Source of the DNA: an uncultured Bacteroidota bacterium
GTDB lineage: Bacteria > Bacteroidota > Bacteroidia > Bacteroidales > GCA-2748055
Length of the DNA: 64,000 bases
Direction: 5' to 3'
NCBI GenBank assembly: GCA_963716765.1
Contig: CAVQUO010000018.1
Coordinates: 59,951 to 123,950, forward strand
The notes beneath the pieces were generated by a model that did not search any database, was not told the origin of the DNA, and was given only the letters and a program-made list of their open reading frames with translations. The translations under genes and the position numbers were made by a program. Below are positions 1-12,041 of this stretch, piece by piece. The stretch's first letter is position 1, and each line of letters opens with the position of its first letter.

Positions 1-2112
1 ATGGCAAAACCATCGTCAAAGAGTGGATTTACCAGCTACTTGCACCCTCTTTCGATATTCATCGCAGTCCCAAAAGTTTCAACAGCCAGGTGGGTGTCCC
101 GCTGTCAGTCCTGATGCTAGAGGACCATCATCAAATAGGCCTTTTTGAGGCCGGGATTTCTCTTCCTGGGGAGATGGAAAGACTTGAAAGGATTATCTCA
201 CCTGATGTGGGGGTATTTACAAACCTGGGTACGGCTCACCAGGAGAATTTTGAAAGCCTTGAGGAAAAACTGAAGGAAAAACTGTTTCTTGTTCAGACAT
301 TGCAGCAGAATCATATTCAGGGTGGATCAAAGGGGAGGACTTTTGTCTGTGGGTCCTTTCCTGGATGAGTTACCTGCAGAGAAGATCACCTGGAGCCTGG
401 ATGGGGAGGGCCTCTACAACTATGTTAGCACCGAAATAGGAGCGATCGGGAAGATGGATAGAAGCCCATACTCCAGGCAAAGGATGCAGATTCTGGTTGC
501 CCTTCAGTGACGAGGCATCCATCGAAAATGCACTTCATGCCTTTACCTTTGCCCTGGTGGCTGGTTTGCCCGAACAGGTGGCAGCCGAGCGAATCGGAAG
601 TCTTGAGCCGGTCTCCATGCGCATGGAGATTCTGCGGGGGATCAATGGATGCATGCTGATCAATGATGCATATAATTCGGATATTGGTGGACTCTCAGCT
701 GCCCTTGATCTGGTGGATCAGCAGAAACAGTATGATAAAAAGATATCTGATCCTTTCGGATCTGTTTCAAAGCGGACTGGAGGAGGAGGAGTTGTACCGG
801 GAGATAGCCACACTGGGTGAAAAAAGGGGAATCACATTTTTCGTGGGAATCGGACCGGCCATGATGCAGACAGCGAAAGCTCTTTCCTGCCAACAGCCTT
901 TTTTACTCTGATACAGAGGAGTTCCTGAAAAGGATGGACCGGACACGGTTCCGTGATGCCATGGTACTGATCAAGGGCTCCAGAAAATTTGGATTTGAGA
1001 GGATAGCCGCCGAATTGCAATTAAAAAGTCACCAGACCTTGCTTGAGATCGACCTGGATGCCATGGTAAGCAATCTTAACCACTTCCGTTCGCTTTTAAA
1101 AGAAGATGTGAAAATTATGGTGATGGTAAAAGCCCTGTCTTATGGCAGTGGTAACATTGAGATTGCAAACATGCTGCAGTATCAGCAGGTGAATTACCTG
1201 GCTGTTGCCTTTATCGATGAGGGTATTGAGCTTCGTAAGTCGGGGATTCGGCTTCCCATTATGGTGCTGAATCCCGACCCATCCGGTTTCGGGCAAATGA
1301 TCGACTTCAACCTGGAGCCTGAGATCTATAACCAGAGGGGACTTGAGGTGCTTGGGCGCATTCTAAATTACAGGGAGATTAAGCACTATCCGGTTCATAT
1401 CAAGCTGGATACCGGTATGCACAGGCTTGGATTTCAGGAAGAAGAAATGGGAGAGCTTATTCCCCTTCTTAAAAAGGAGCAGTTCAGGGTATCTTCGGTT
1501 TTCTCTCACCTTGCAGCCAGCGATGAACCGGAGTAGGATGATTTCAGCCGGGAACAATTCAGACGCTTCGACCAGATTTCCGGGATGCTTGAAGAGGCTC
1601 TGAATTACGCTTTTGACCGGCATATTCTGAATTCGGCAGGTATTGAACGATTTCCGGAGGCACAGTACCAGATGGTCAGACTGGGGATTGGACTGCATGG
1701 AATAGGGTACCAATCCGGGCCTGGTTCCGGCAGGCTCTTACAGGAGCTCCATTTCCCAGGACGCTCATGTGAAGAAAGGGGAGACCATAGGTTATTCAAG
1801 GGCCGGAAAAGCCGATACAGATCTGATTGTGGCCACCATTCCGGTGGGATATGCCGATGGAATGGACCGAAGGCTTGGTAAGGGGAAGGGTATGGTATGG
1901 GTGGCAGGAACCCTGGCACCAACCATAGGTAATATTTGCATGGATATGCCATGATAGATGTGACAGGCCTGAATGTTGTTGAAGGGGATGAGGTTGAACT
2001 ATTTGGAAAGAATCTGTCAGTGCAGGATGTAGCCCTGAGGGCGGGGACCATTCCCTATGAAATTCTTACCTCCATTCCCGAGCGGGTGAAAAGAGTATAT
2101 TTGCAGGAGTAA
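1..2112 (+). CDS. alr: Bifunctional MurF ligase / alanine racemase (5' end outside window; several frameshifts and one in-frame TAG at 1534-1536)
   Basis: MurF motifs (NSQVGVPLSV, EAGIS.PGEM, LINDAYNSD, KGSR) followed by Alr motifs (MVMVKALSYGSG, HIKLDTGMHRLG, GYADG, ICMDM, TIPYEILT); this fusion is typical of Bacteroidota. Confidence 0.93.
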
Positions 2113-2114
2113 CT

Positions 2115-3964
2115 ATGGAAGTCAGAATCTCAGCAGTTATTATCACCTTTAACGAGGAACGTAACATCGGAAGATGTCTTGAGTCACTGGTGGGTGTGGC
2201 CGATGAAATTGTCGTGGTGGACAGCTATTCGACCGATCGTACCGAGGAGATTTGTAAATCTTTCGATGCGAAGTTTATCAGGCATCGTTTTTTCGGACAC
2301 ATCGAACAGAAGAACTGGGCCATCCTTCAGGCATCCTCTCCCTATATCCTCTCCCTTGATGCCGATGAAACCCTTTCTGACGAGCTGAGAAAGTCGATTT
2401 TGCAGGTAAAGAAGGATTGGACCCATGATGGTTACAATTTTAACAGGCTTACCAATTACTGCGGAAAGTGGATCAGGCATACCAGCTGGTACCCTGCAAG
2501 GAAATTGCGCCTCTGGGACTCAAGAAAAGGTCATTGGGGAGGGTATAATCCCCATGACAGGTTCCTGCTGACTGAGAAAAGCAGCCGAACAATTTCTTTA
2601 CGGCGATATCCTGCACTACTCTTACTATTCGGTATCGGAACACGTTGAACAGATCAACAAGTTTTCTACCATCATGGCGAGCACCTATTTCCATACGGGT
2701 AAACGCTTTTATATACACATGATTCTTTTGCATCCCCTGTGGCGATTCATCAAAGATTTTTTGGTGAGGGGTGGATTCAGAGATGGTTTTTATGGCTTTA
2801 TTGTCAGTATTAATTCATCCTACGAGGTTTTTCTGAAGTATATTAAGCTCAGAAACTTATATACTGAACAGAGGCTGGTCCAAAGGCAAACCATTTGTCT
2901 TTTTAATTCGGAGCGTGCCTGGGGCGGGGGAGAAAAATGGCACGCGGATGTGGCATCCCACTTGCTTAAACGAGGTTTTAAGGTTTTGTTTATTTCTGCT
3001 CCCGGCGGTCCACTGGCAAAACGAATGAAGGAGATTGGTGTACCCGGGTACCATCAAAGAATCTCAAATCTAAGTTTTCTGAACCCCCTGAGGGTATTTC
3101 GATTGGCTCTTATATTCAGAAGAGAGGGCGTAAAATCATTGGTTACCAGCCTTCCAAGCGATATGAAAGTGGCCAGTAGTGCAGCCCAACTCGCCGGGGT
3201 CCCCAATATTATTTACCGAAGGGGAAGTGCAATTCCAATCAGGAACACCTTTATCAACCGCTATCTGCTACGAAAGGTTGTGACAAGAATCATAGCCAAT
3301 TCAAAGGAGGTAAAAAGAACCGTCCTGGCCATTAACAGCAGGCTGGTTCCCGAGGAGAAGATAAGCATTGTATATAATGGTGTGAACCTCGACTGGTACA
3401 ATTCGGGTGGCACTCCTCTGTATAAAGCCAGGGCGAAGGAAATTGTACTTGGAAGCGCAGGAAGGCTGTCAGAGGAAAAAGGACATCTGCATCTTTTGGA
3501 CCTTATGAAAGTGCTGGATAAAAGCACTTACAAGTTTAAACTGTTGATTGCAGGACAGGGAAAATTACTGGATAATCTACAGAATAAAGGCCAGGGAATT
3601 GGGCATGGATAAACAGGTTGAGTTTCTTGGTTTTGTTTCGGATATGCCCTCTTTCTTTAATTCAATTGATATTTTTCTTCTTCCGTCGCGATATGAGGGA
3701 TTCAGTAATGTAGTTATTGAGGCCATGGCCAGTGCGAAACCAGTCATTTCCTTTGATGTGGGCTCGACCCGGGAAATCATTGACCACCGAATCACGGGCT
3801 TTATTGGCAAGGTAAATAGCGTTGATGAGATGGCCCGTTGGATACTTGAGCTGGCAGCAGATGAATCAATGCGAAATGAGATGGGGCTGAAGGCCAGGGA
3901 ACGGATTGAGTCTGCCTTCTCCTTTGAAAAAGGCCTTGAAGAGGTTATTACTTTGCTTAATTAG
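2115..3964 (+). CDS. Glycosyltransferase, GT2 domain fused to GT4 domain (frameshifts near 2595 and 3590)
   Basis: GT2 motifs IITFNEE, VVDSYSTD, LDADE, HYSY; runs in frame into GT4 motifs WGGGEK, GRLSEEKG, PSRYEGFSNVVIEAMA. Confidence 0.85.
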
Positions 3965-3975
3965 GGAATAGGAAC

Positions 3976-4894
3976 TCAGGCTTCGTCCTTTGCTTTGTCG
4001 GAGTCTTTGTCTGCAAGATATCGATCATAGGAATGTTTCCACCTGCGATGGGACCAGAGCCAGTATTCAGGTGCTTCCCTGATCAGGTCTTCCAGGATCC
4101 TCACATGTGCATCGGTAATGGCAAAGGGTTCAAGTTTTTTTGGTTCCGTACATATCAGTTCAAACTCCACCTCATATCTTCCCCTTGTTTTTTTCCTGAT
4201 TTTAATAAAGACTACTGCAGCATCCAGTTTTTTGGCCAGTTTCTCGGTACCCAGGTAAACAGGAGTATCTTGTCCAAGGAATTTGGTCCAATACTGGATC
4301 TGTTGGTAGACGGGTCGTTGATCACCCAGGAAAAGCGTAAGGATGGGTTCTTTCCGCCTTTTATAATCCATTAATACCCTGGCAATTTTCTCCATGGGGA
4401 CAACCTGACCGCCGAAGGTGCTCCTGTTGCCTTGAACCATACGGTCAAAATACTTGTTCTTCAGCGGTTTATATATTCCAATAAAGGGGTAGTTTGAAGC
4501 CAGTTAAATGGTTGACAGATATTCCCAGTTCCCATAATGCCCCAGAACGGCCATGACCTGTTTGCCCGTGCTGTAAATTTCATCCAGCAATTCAGGATTT
4601 TTGTAGGTTATTTTTTTCAGAGCCTTCTCCTTTGAGTAGAAATGGGAGACAGCCGATTCCAGGAAGAGATCAGAGAGGTGGCGATAAAATTTCTTTGCAG
4701 TTCGCCGGATTTCTTTCTGATCGTATTCCGGAAACGCTCTCCGGAGGTTGTCAAATACTACTTTTTTCCTGTAAGCTGCCACATGATACATGAGCAGATA
4801 TAAGAAAGTCGGAGAGAAGGAAAAGAATGCGTTCCGGCAAGAGGTGGAGCAGCCATACCAAGCTGTAGGTAAGGATATAGCCAAGCCAATTCAT
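3976..4894 (-). CDS. lpxL: Lipid A acyltransferase, LpxL/HtrB family (frameshifted)
   Basis: GHYGNWE, GDQRP, PEYWLWSHRRWK motifs; start MNWLGYILTY at 4894. Confidence 0.85.
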
Positions 4895-4897
4895 CAC

Positions 4898-5600
4898 TTA
4901 TCCCAGATCGCTGATGCGTTCCAGTTTGTGCAGATCCAGGATGCGGATTTTTCTACCGTCAATGGAGATTACACCCTCCTGGGCAAAGGTTGAGAGTGTG
5001 CGGATGGCGTTTGAAGTGGTCATGTTGGATAGATTGGCCACATCCTCTCGTGAAAGATAGATTTTGATTGTTTTTCCATCATCCTCATATCCGTAAGTGT
5101 TCTTCAAAAAGATAAGTGACTCGGCCAGACGACCCCGGATATGCTTTTGGGTCAGAGTAACAGTCCTGTCGTGTGAGAAACCGAGTTCTGAAGCAAAGGA
5201 CAGCGATAATGCTCATACTTAGTTCGGCATTGCTTCTTATGACACGGTATACACTCTCCTTATCGACAATGCAGGAGACGCAATCTTCAATGGCCACAGC
5301 CGTGGCTGTGTGATTTTCTTCTGCAAACAGCGCCCTGTAACCAATAAATCCAACAGGCTTGGCCATCCTGACGATTTGTTCACTTCCTCCGACACCCTCC
5401 TTAAATATTTTCACTTTCCCTTCCGCCAGAATCATCAGTCCCATGGGTTTGTCACCCTCCTTGAAAATGATTTCTCCTTTTTTGTAAAATGCGCAGGTGT
5501 AATTTTGCTTGAGGAATTCCTTTTCTTTGGGAGTAAGCACTGTAAATACAGATTTCGGATTGTCTATGCAATCATCTGCATTGTAGTTCCTTTCCTGCAT
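4898..5600 (-). CDS. Crp/Fnr family transcriptional regulator (one frameshift)
   Basis: cNMP-binding domain (YKKGEIIFKEGD, GKVKIFK) and C-terminal HTH (LSREDVANLSNMTTSNAIRTLS). Confidence 0.9.
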
Positions 5601-5678
5601 TATAGTTTAGTTGTTTTACGTAAAATGTTGAATAACACACAAAATTAGAAAAAATTATCAATCCCCAAGCCTCATTCG

Positions 5679-7344
5679 CTAACCATACCTTGCCACCAGT
5701 GGAAGACGCCTCCCGACACCAAATGCTTTTGAGGAGATTCTAAGGATGGGAGGTGTCTGGTAGCGCTTGTATTCATTCTGGTCAACCATTTTAATAATCC
5801 TGCGTATCAGCTTGATGTCAAGACCCGATTCTTCCATTCTGCTTGGGGATTGCTGTTTTTCAATGTATAACTCAAGTATATGGTCCAGGATGTCGTAAGG
5901 GGGTAGAGAGTCGGAGTCCTTCTGATCGGGTCGTAGTTCGGCCGATGGAGGTTTAGTGATGATATTTTCAGGAATCACCTCTTTTTCATTATTCAGATGC
6001 CTTGCCAGGTCATAAACATCGGTTTTGTATACATCACCCAGCACTGAAAGTCCCCCGCTCATATCTCCATAGAGTGTCCCATAACCCACGGCCGTTTCAC
6101 TTTTGTTGCTGGTATTTAAAAGGATATTTCCGAATTTGTTGGAAAGGGCCATGAGCAGGGTGCCCCTGATCCTGGCCTGGATATTCTCTTCGGTAAGATC
6201 TTCGGGCTGTCCCAGTGAAGAGCTTCTGGAGTGATTCCCTGTATTCATTAAAAAGGGCTTCGATGGGAATAATATCGTAGGCCACACCAAGATTTTCAGC
6301 CAGTTTTATGGAGTCATTCACACTGTGATCCGATGAATACTGCGATGGGAGCAGAAGTACATGCATATTCTCCGGTCCAAGTGCTTCGGCAGCCAGCACA
6401 AGGGTCACTGCCGAATCGATACCTCCGGAAAGTCCCAGGGTAGCACTTTTAAAACCCATTTTCCCAAAATAATCTTTGATCCCCAGTACCAGCGCTCCAT
6501 GAATCATTTCCATTCGATTGGGGATCTTCGCCGATGGCCGAGTCAGGATTTGACTCCACCAGATCCGCCAGATCCACCACTTCAAAATCTTCGTGAAAGA
6601 AGGTAAGTCTGCTCACTACCTGGCCTGAGGAAGAGATGGCCATGGAGCCGCCTTCGAAGATGAGCTCTGTCTGTGCTCCGACCTGGTTACAGTAGAGTAG
6701 CGGGAGGGAATGCCGGGCTGCCTTCCCGGTGAAAATGGATTGTTTTACTTCCATCTTCCGGTGTGAAAAGGGCGATGCTGCAAGGTTGATGATGGCATCG
6801 GGTTTAAATTTCATCAATTCGTCAAGCGGACTGGTGGTGTAGAGCCGGCTTCTGGAGAATTCGCTCTCAAATGGCTGTTCATCCCACAGATCTTCACAAA
6901 TGGTAACAGCCAGTTTTTTCCCTTTAAATTCAAGGACATTAAATTCTCTGTTGGGCTCAAAGTACCTGTATTCGTCAAAGATATCATAGGTGGGAAGGAG
7001 GGTTTTCCTGAACACCTGCTTTATTTCCCCACCCAGCAGGAAAAAGACGCTATTATAAAGTAATTTCCCGCTTTTTTCAGAATTATATTCGGGTCCTCCT
7101 ATCAAAACGCCTGTTTCCGGGTCTATGGTCTTGGCCAGCTGGTCAATGGATTGAAGGCTATTGGCTATAAATTCCTTTCGTTCCAGCAGGTCGAGTGGCG
7201 GATAACCACAGATGGAGAGTTCAGAGAACAAAACCAGATCTGCTCCTTCCCGGGTGGCTCGGCTGTACGGCCCTGTTGATATTTGAACAGGTTACCCTCG
7301 AAGTCGCCTATCAGGTAGTTTAGCTGAGCAAGTGCAATTTTCAT
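5679..7344 (-). CDS. nadE: Glutamine-dependent NAD+ synthetase (frameshifted)
   Basis: MKIALAQLNY nitrilase-type N-terminus, ICEDLW, GLSGGIDSA, ENIQARIRG, NKSE..VGYGTLYGD, PPSAELRPDQKD. Confidence 0.95.
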
Positions 7345-7350
7345 GAGCGA

Positions 7351-8027
7351 TCAGAAAAGAAGTCCAAGGTGAATGGAAATGGCATTCGGACTGAGATTTG
7401 CGCCGTCGTTTTCGCGTTACATTGGTTAAGTCCGGAGGTCCACCTGACCCCTCCGATGGCCGCCGTATTTCCTCCCAGACGGTATTCAAACCCGGCCTCC
7501 ACATGGTAACCCAGGCCGAATGTTGTGATGCTTTCCTTTATATACTCTTTGTCAAAAGATTCCGTCTTCAGATGCTAATATGTGCGTTAATGTTGAACAT
7601 GGGATTAAATCCAAGCTGCAGGAAAAAGGTGCCGTATCCCAGCTCCTCGGTCTTCAGTTTCAGTCCCAGGGGTATGTCCAGGTACTGAAGGTTCATCTTA
7701 ACACTCTGACCTGGATCGATGATAATAGACTGATTGTCAGTTGAATAGGTGGTGGCAGTACTCTCCATAAAGGAGATTCCCTCCCAGGTTGTTGATTCCG
7801 AAGCCCAGTACAAAGGCGTAGTTTTCCTGGAAAAAGTAGTCCATCTGAAGCCCTGCCTGAATATGAAAGATGGATCCGTTGGGATCAATCTTATCATGGT
7901 CGGTCGATTTGAGCCAGGCAAATTGAGGGTCGACTTGCACATTAAAACGGATTTTACCCTGCCCTTGTATGGCCTGGAAAGAGCTAAAGAAGGCAATGAT
8001 CATAAATATGCGGCTAATCCATTTCAT
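7351..8027 (-). CDS. Outer-membrane beta-barrel protein, PorT-like/porin family (frameshifted)
   Basis: Signal peptide, amphipathic strands, LQYLDIPLGLKLKT motif, C-terminal HLGLLF. Confidence 0.7.
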
Positions 8028-8073
8028 ATTTTCTAATTTTGTAAGCAGAATCAAGATTTCAAATTTACATATA

Positions 8074-9097
8074 ATGATGAGACCTGTTCATTGGATGCCT
8101 GCTTTTTCTGTTGGGATTTTTCCTTTTGCTGACCGGCTGCGGAAGGAACCCTCTGGATGTGGATGTGTCAGGGATAAAAGCAGATCTCCAGGTGGAACGT
8201 TTTGATATCAGGCTATTCGGGATTCCTTCCTGACTTCACCTCGAAAGCGCCATTGGATCCATCTATTCGGATTATGGTGATTTCTTCGATGTTTTTAATG
8301 TATATGTGATCAATATCGGGAGCGCATCTGAGAAGCGATATCCCTCCTACCTTTCCATGTTTATCAATGACCCTCTCAACAGGGAGGTCTTTGAGTATAC
8401 CAGCAAGATATTCGGTGATATGGATGACATCAATGCCCAGCTCAGCGACGGATTCAGGCACTATCTCTATCATTATCCGGATTCGACCCTGCCCAGGGTT
8501 GTGGCATATGTGAGCAGGTTCAACCAGGGGCTCTTTACGGTGGACCATTTTGTGGGAGTGGGACTGGACCAGTATCTCGGATCGGATTGTCCCGTATTAT
8601 AATCAGATGGGAACCCCCCAGTACCTCACTAGAAAAAAGGTGCCGGAAAGGATTCCGGTGGATGTGATGATGGCCTGGGCCACTCAGATTTATCCCTATA
8701 ATGATTCCAGTGGATAATGTTCTGAACAGGATGATCCACAAGGGGATGCTGGCCTGGTTTGTGGATGCCATGTACCCGCAAGATGGAAGAGCATTTCAAA
8801 ATGGGTTTTACCGAGGATCAGATGAAGTGGTGCAGGAACAACGAAAAGCAGATGTGGACTTACCTGGTGGAGGAGAAATTGCTTTTTTCCACGGACCAGA
8901 TGACCATCCGGAAACTGACCGAGGATGCTCCAAGTACCCAGTTTTTTACAGCTGAATCGCCGGGACGGGCGGCTGTATGGCAGGGGCTGCAGATCATCCG
9001 GGCCTTTGCCGACCGAAATCCGCATCTCACGCTTAGCCAGATTATGTCACAGCGCGATTACCAGGAGGTACTCAGGCTATCGAAATATAATCCCTGA
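8074..9097 (+). CDS. gldB: Gliding motility lipoprotein GldB-like (frameshifted)
   Basis: GVGLDQYLG, MIHKG, WCRNNEKQMW, ESPGRAAVWQGLQI, SKYNP C-terminus; divergent from porin-nadE. Confidence 0.8.
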
Positions 9098-9149
9098 TCA
9101 GGTCCTGTTAATTCAGGATGATCACCAAAAGCTGCTGTTCCGCTCGCGA

Positions 9150-9691
9150 TCATTTTGAAACAGTATCCTTGTAAGAGACCGCCGGGCCGAGTCCTGCATT
9201 CCAGTACCATCGTTTCCCAAATGTACACTGGAAGCCCATCACGGTTCCCATGGTAAAATCGAGTTCGGGAATATCCAATGGTGAATGGAAGTCCAAAGTA
9301 CCAGCCTGAATAATAGTCGGTTCGCCTTCCACTTTGTCTGCGGTGAGACTGTCCGAAAAAATACCTGGGTTCAAGGTGTGATGCGGGGATTGAGTGAGGG
9401 ATGATAAAATCTTTGCCCTTGGTCATTCTTTTCATAAAAAGTGGGCCATATCCTGACTCCGGTTGAAAATATGAAGTGTTCCACAGGGGCAAATTCCAGG
9501 ACGAACATGGGTGCAATAATGCTTATTCTTGCGATCACAGAAGGAGAGGATGAAGGCTTAGTATTAAGGGGCTGGCCCCGTGATCCCTGGGCTTCCGCGT
9601 TCAGATCCATATATTTATATGGGCTCTCTTCCTGCGAAATTAGCGGGAGTGCAGGCAGGAGGACAAGGAGTATGATTATCAACTTTTTCAT
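9150..9691 (-). CDS. Hypothetical exported protein, possible small beta-barrel (frameshifted)
   Basis: Signal peptide MKKLIIILLVLLPALPLIS; beta-strand-like C-terminus (GFQ..FGKRWYWNAGLG). Confidence 0.55.
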
Positions 9692-10508
9692 GCCTCTTTT
9701 TCTGGAAGTGGTGCTCCGCAGATTTTACAATGATTGGCATCTGTTTCATGATGCAGATGTCCACAGCCCTTGCAAACTCTTTTTGTGCCTCCTTTCCCCG
9801 ATTTAACAGCTCTGCCAATTTCTACCGAAATAATACCGGTGGGCACAGCAATAATGGAGTAGCCTGTAAGCATGGCTATGGAGGCCAGGGTTTTTCCCAG
9901 GACCGTTGCCGGGGCGATATCGCCATAACCTACCGTGGTAATGGTTACGATGGCCCAGTAAATGCTCTGAGGGATGGAGGTAAATCCGTTTTCTTCCCCC
10001 TCAATTACATAGAGTAAGGATCCCAGGATAAGTACCAGGGTAAGCACAGCCCCAAAAAAAACGGCAATCTTGTGGATGCTCATCTGAAGGGCCTCGATAA
10101 GTATTGTTGCCTCCTTCAGGTAGCGCCCGAGTTTGAATAACCCTGAACATGCGGAATAGGCGCAGGGCCCTGATGGTGAGAAGGAAGGTGGGCTGATCGA
10201 AAAAGATTCCCAGGTAGGTGGGCAGAATGGCCAGCAGGTCGATCACCCCGAAAAAGGAGGTGATATATTTCATGGGATGGGGTGATGAGTAAATCCGGAG
10301 CAGGTACTCAATGGTGAATATGATGGTGAAGAACCATTCTGTGGTCAAAAAGAAACCAGGGAGTATGTCATGCATGGATGGCACACTCTCAAGAATAACG
10401 ACTAAGAACACTGATCAGGATCAGGTAAAGCAGAACCACATCAAAAGCTCTCCCTGCAGGGGTATCTGTTCCAAATATGGTGACGAAGATCCTTTTTCTG
10501 AGATTCAT
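9688..10508 (-). CDS. Voltage-gated potassium channel / ion transporter (frameshifted)
   Basis: TTVGYGD selectivity filter, RALRLFRMFR S4-like segment, C-terminal CxxC..CxxC. Confidence 0.92.
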
Positions 10509-10540
10509 AGTTCTACCAAAGTTAGAAGGATTCATTGCAA

Positions 10541-10572
10541 AAAAAAAGACCACCCAAAGGGCAGTCTTTTTT
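10541..10572. terminator. Intrinsic terminator downstream of the ferredoxin gene
   Basis: AAAAAAAGAC...GTCTTTTTT hairpin flanked by A and T runs. Confidence 0.6.
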
Positions 10573-10590
10573 ATGGTTGTTTTTCTGACC

Positions 10591-10758
10591 CTATTCGGGG
10601 CTGATCGCCTCAACCGGACAAACGTCGGCACATGCGCCACAGTCAGTACAAAGCTCAGGGTCAATCACATAGATATCTCCTTCACTGATAGCTTCAACTG
10701 GGCATTCGTCGATACAAGTCCCACAGGCAGTACACTCATCTGAAATTACGTAAGCCAT
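10591..10758 (-). CDS. 2[4Fe-4S] ferredoxin, 55 aa (absent from ORF track)
   Basis: Manual translation MAYVISDECTACGTCIDECPVEAISEGDIYVIDPELCTDCGACADVCPVEAISPE with two CxxCxxCxxxCP motifs. Confidence 0.96.
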   Translation of the reverse strand: MAYVISDECTACGTCIDECPVEAISEGDIYVIDPELCTDCGACADVCPVEAISPE

Positions 10759-10835
10759 ATTTTCTAGTTTTGAAATTCAATGGTGCAAATTTAACGGAAT
10801 TTCCAGAACCGCCAATCAGGAGTGAAAAAAACTTC

Positions 10836-12036
10836 TTAACCGAGTTCAGTTTGGAGCAGTTCTATTGAAAGATAAGCCATCAGGGCCACTCCTGTTTCCA
10901 GGGCTGACTCATCGGCCCTGAATGTTGGAGTATGAAGGTTGAAAATTTTCTCCTGTCCCGGTTCTTTCACGCCCAGACGATACATTATTCCCGGAACGGC
11001 CTGTGTGAACCAGGCAAAATCCTCGGCGGTCATCCTGATATCCATATCCTCCACTCTTTCGGCTCCCAGGAAGTCCAGGGCCTTCTCTTTTGCAAAGAGG
11101 GCTATCTTCTCATTGTTATGCAGGACAGGGTAACCGTGACGGATCTCCACCTGGCAATTGCCCCCCATACTTTTTGCGATCCCGTCTGAAATTTGCTCAA
11201 TGAGGCCATGGGCCTTTTTTCTCCACTCCTCATCCATGGTTCTGAAGGTCCCTTCCAGCTTCACCTGGTCAGGGATCACATTCACGGCGCCGTCGGCGAC
11301 CACTTTCCCAAAAGAGAGAACCGTGGGTACACCACTGGGGGATTTTCGGTGTATCTCATGCTGAAGGGCGATCAGGATATGAGAGGCCATCAGCACAGGA
11401 TCATTTATTTTTTGCGTCAGGGCTCCATGTCCTCCTCTGCCGTTGACAGTGATGTAAATCTCATCGCTTGAAGCCATGTACCTTCCTGCCCTGAAGCCCA
11501 CATGACCTGCATCCATCTCGGGCAAAACATGTTGGGCAATAATAGCATCGGGCAAGCCCTCATTAAAAATACCTTCCTTCAGCATCAGACTGGCTCCACC
11601 CGGCAACTTCTCCTCGCCGGGCTGAAAGATGAAGAGCAATTCACCCTTGAAGTGAGCTTTCAGCTGATCAAGCACCCGGATGGCTCCCAGCATGGAGGAC
11701 ATATGAATATCGTGTCCGCATGCATGCATAAGCCCCTTTGTCCCGGACTGGAAATCAAGCTCGGAATTCTCAAGGATGGGAAGGGCATCCATGTCGGCCC
11801 TGACTGCCACACGCCTTCCGGGACCACTTCCTTTAATGCGTGGCCACAAGTCCTGTTTGCACTACCGGATAGCGGTAAGAAATCCCCCAGTTATCAAGCT
11901 GTTTCCTGATAAATGCAGAGGTTTGATGCTCGCCAAATGAGAGTTCTGGATGCTGATGCAGATGCCTTCTGATCTTGATGATCTCGGTTATGAAATCAGG
12001 TCCTGTCAGCTTGTTTATATCTTGTTTAAAATTCAT
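10836..12036 (-). CDS. M20 family amidohydrolase (one frameshift)
   Basis: RRHLHQHPELSF, RADMDALP, MHACGHD, FQPGEE, GGHGA, AEDF. Confidence 0.93.
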
Positions 12037-12041
12037 ATTTA

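Noticed and set aside
1534-1536. In-frame TAG inside alr suggesting stop-codon recoding or pyrrolysine
   Set aside because: TAG ends several intact genes here (34401, 41804, 47346, 49270) and no pyl genes are present; a base error is more likely
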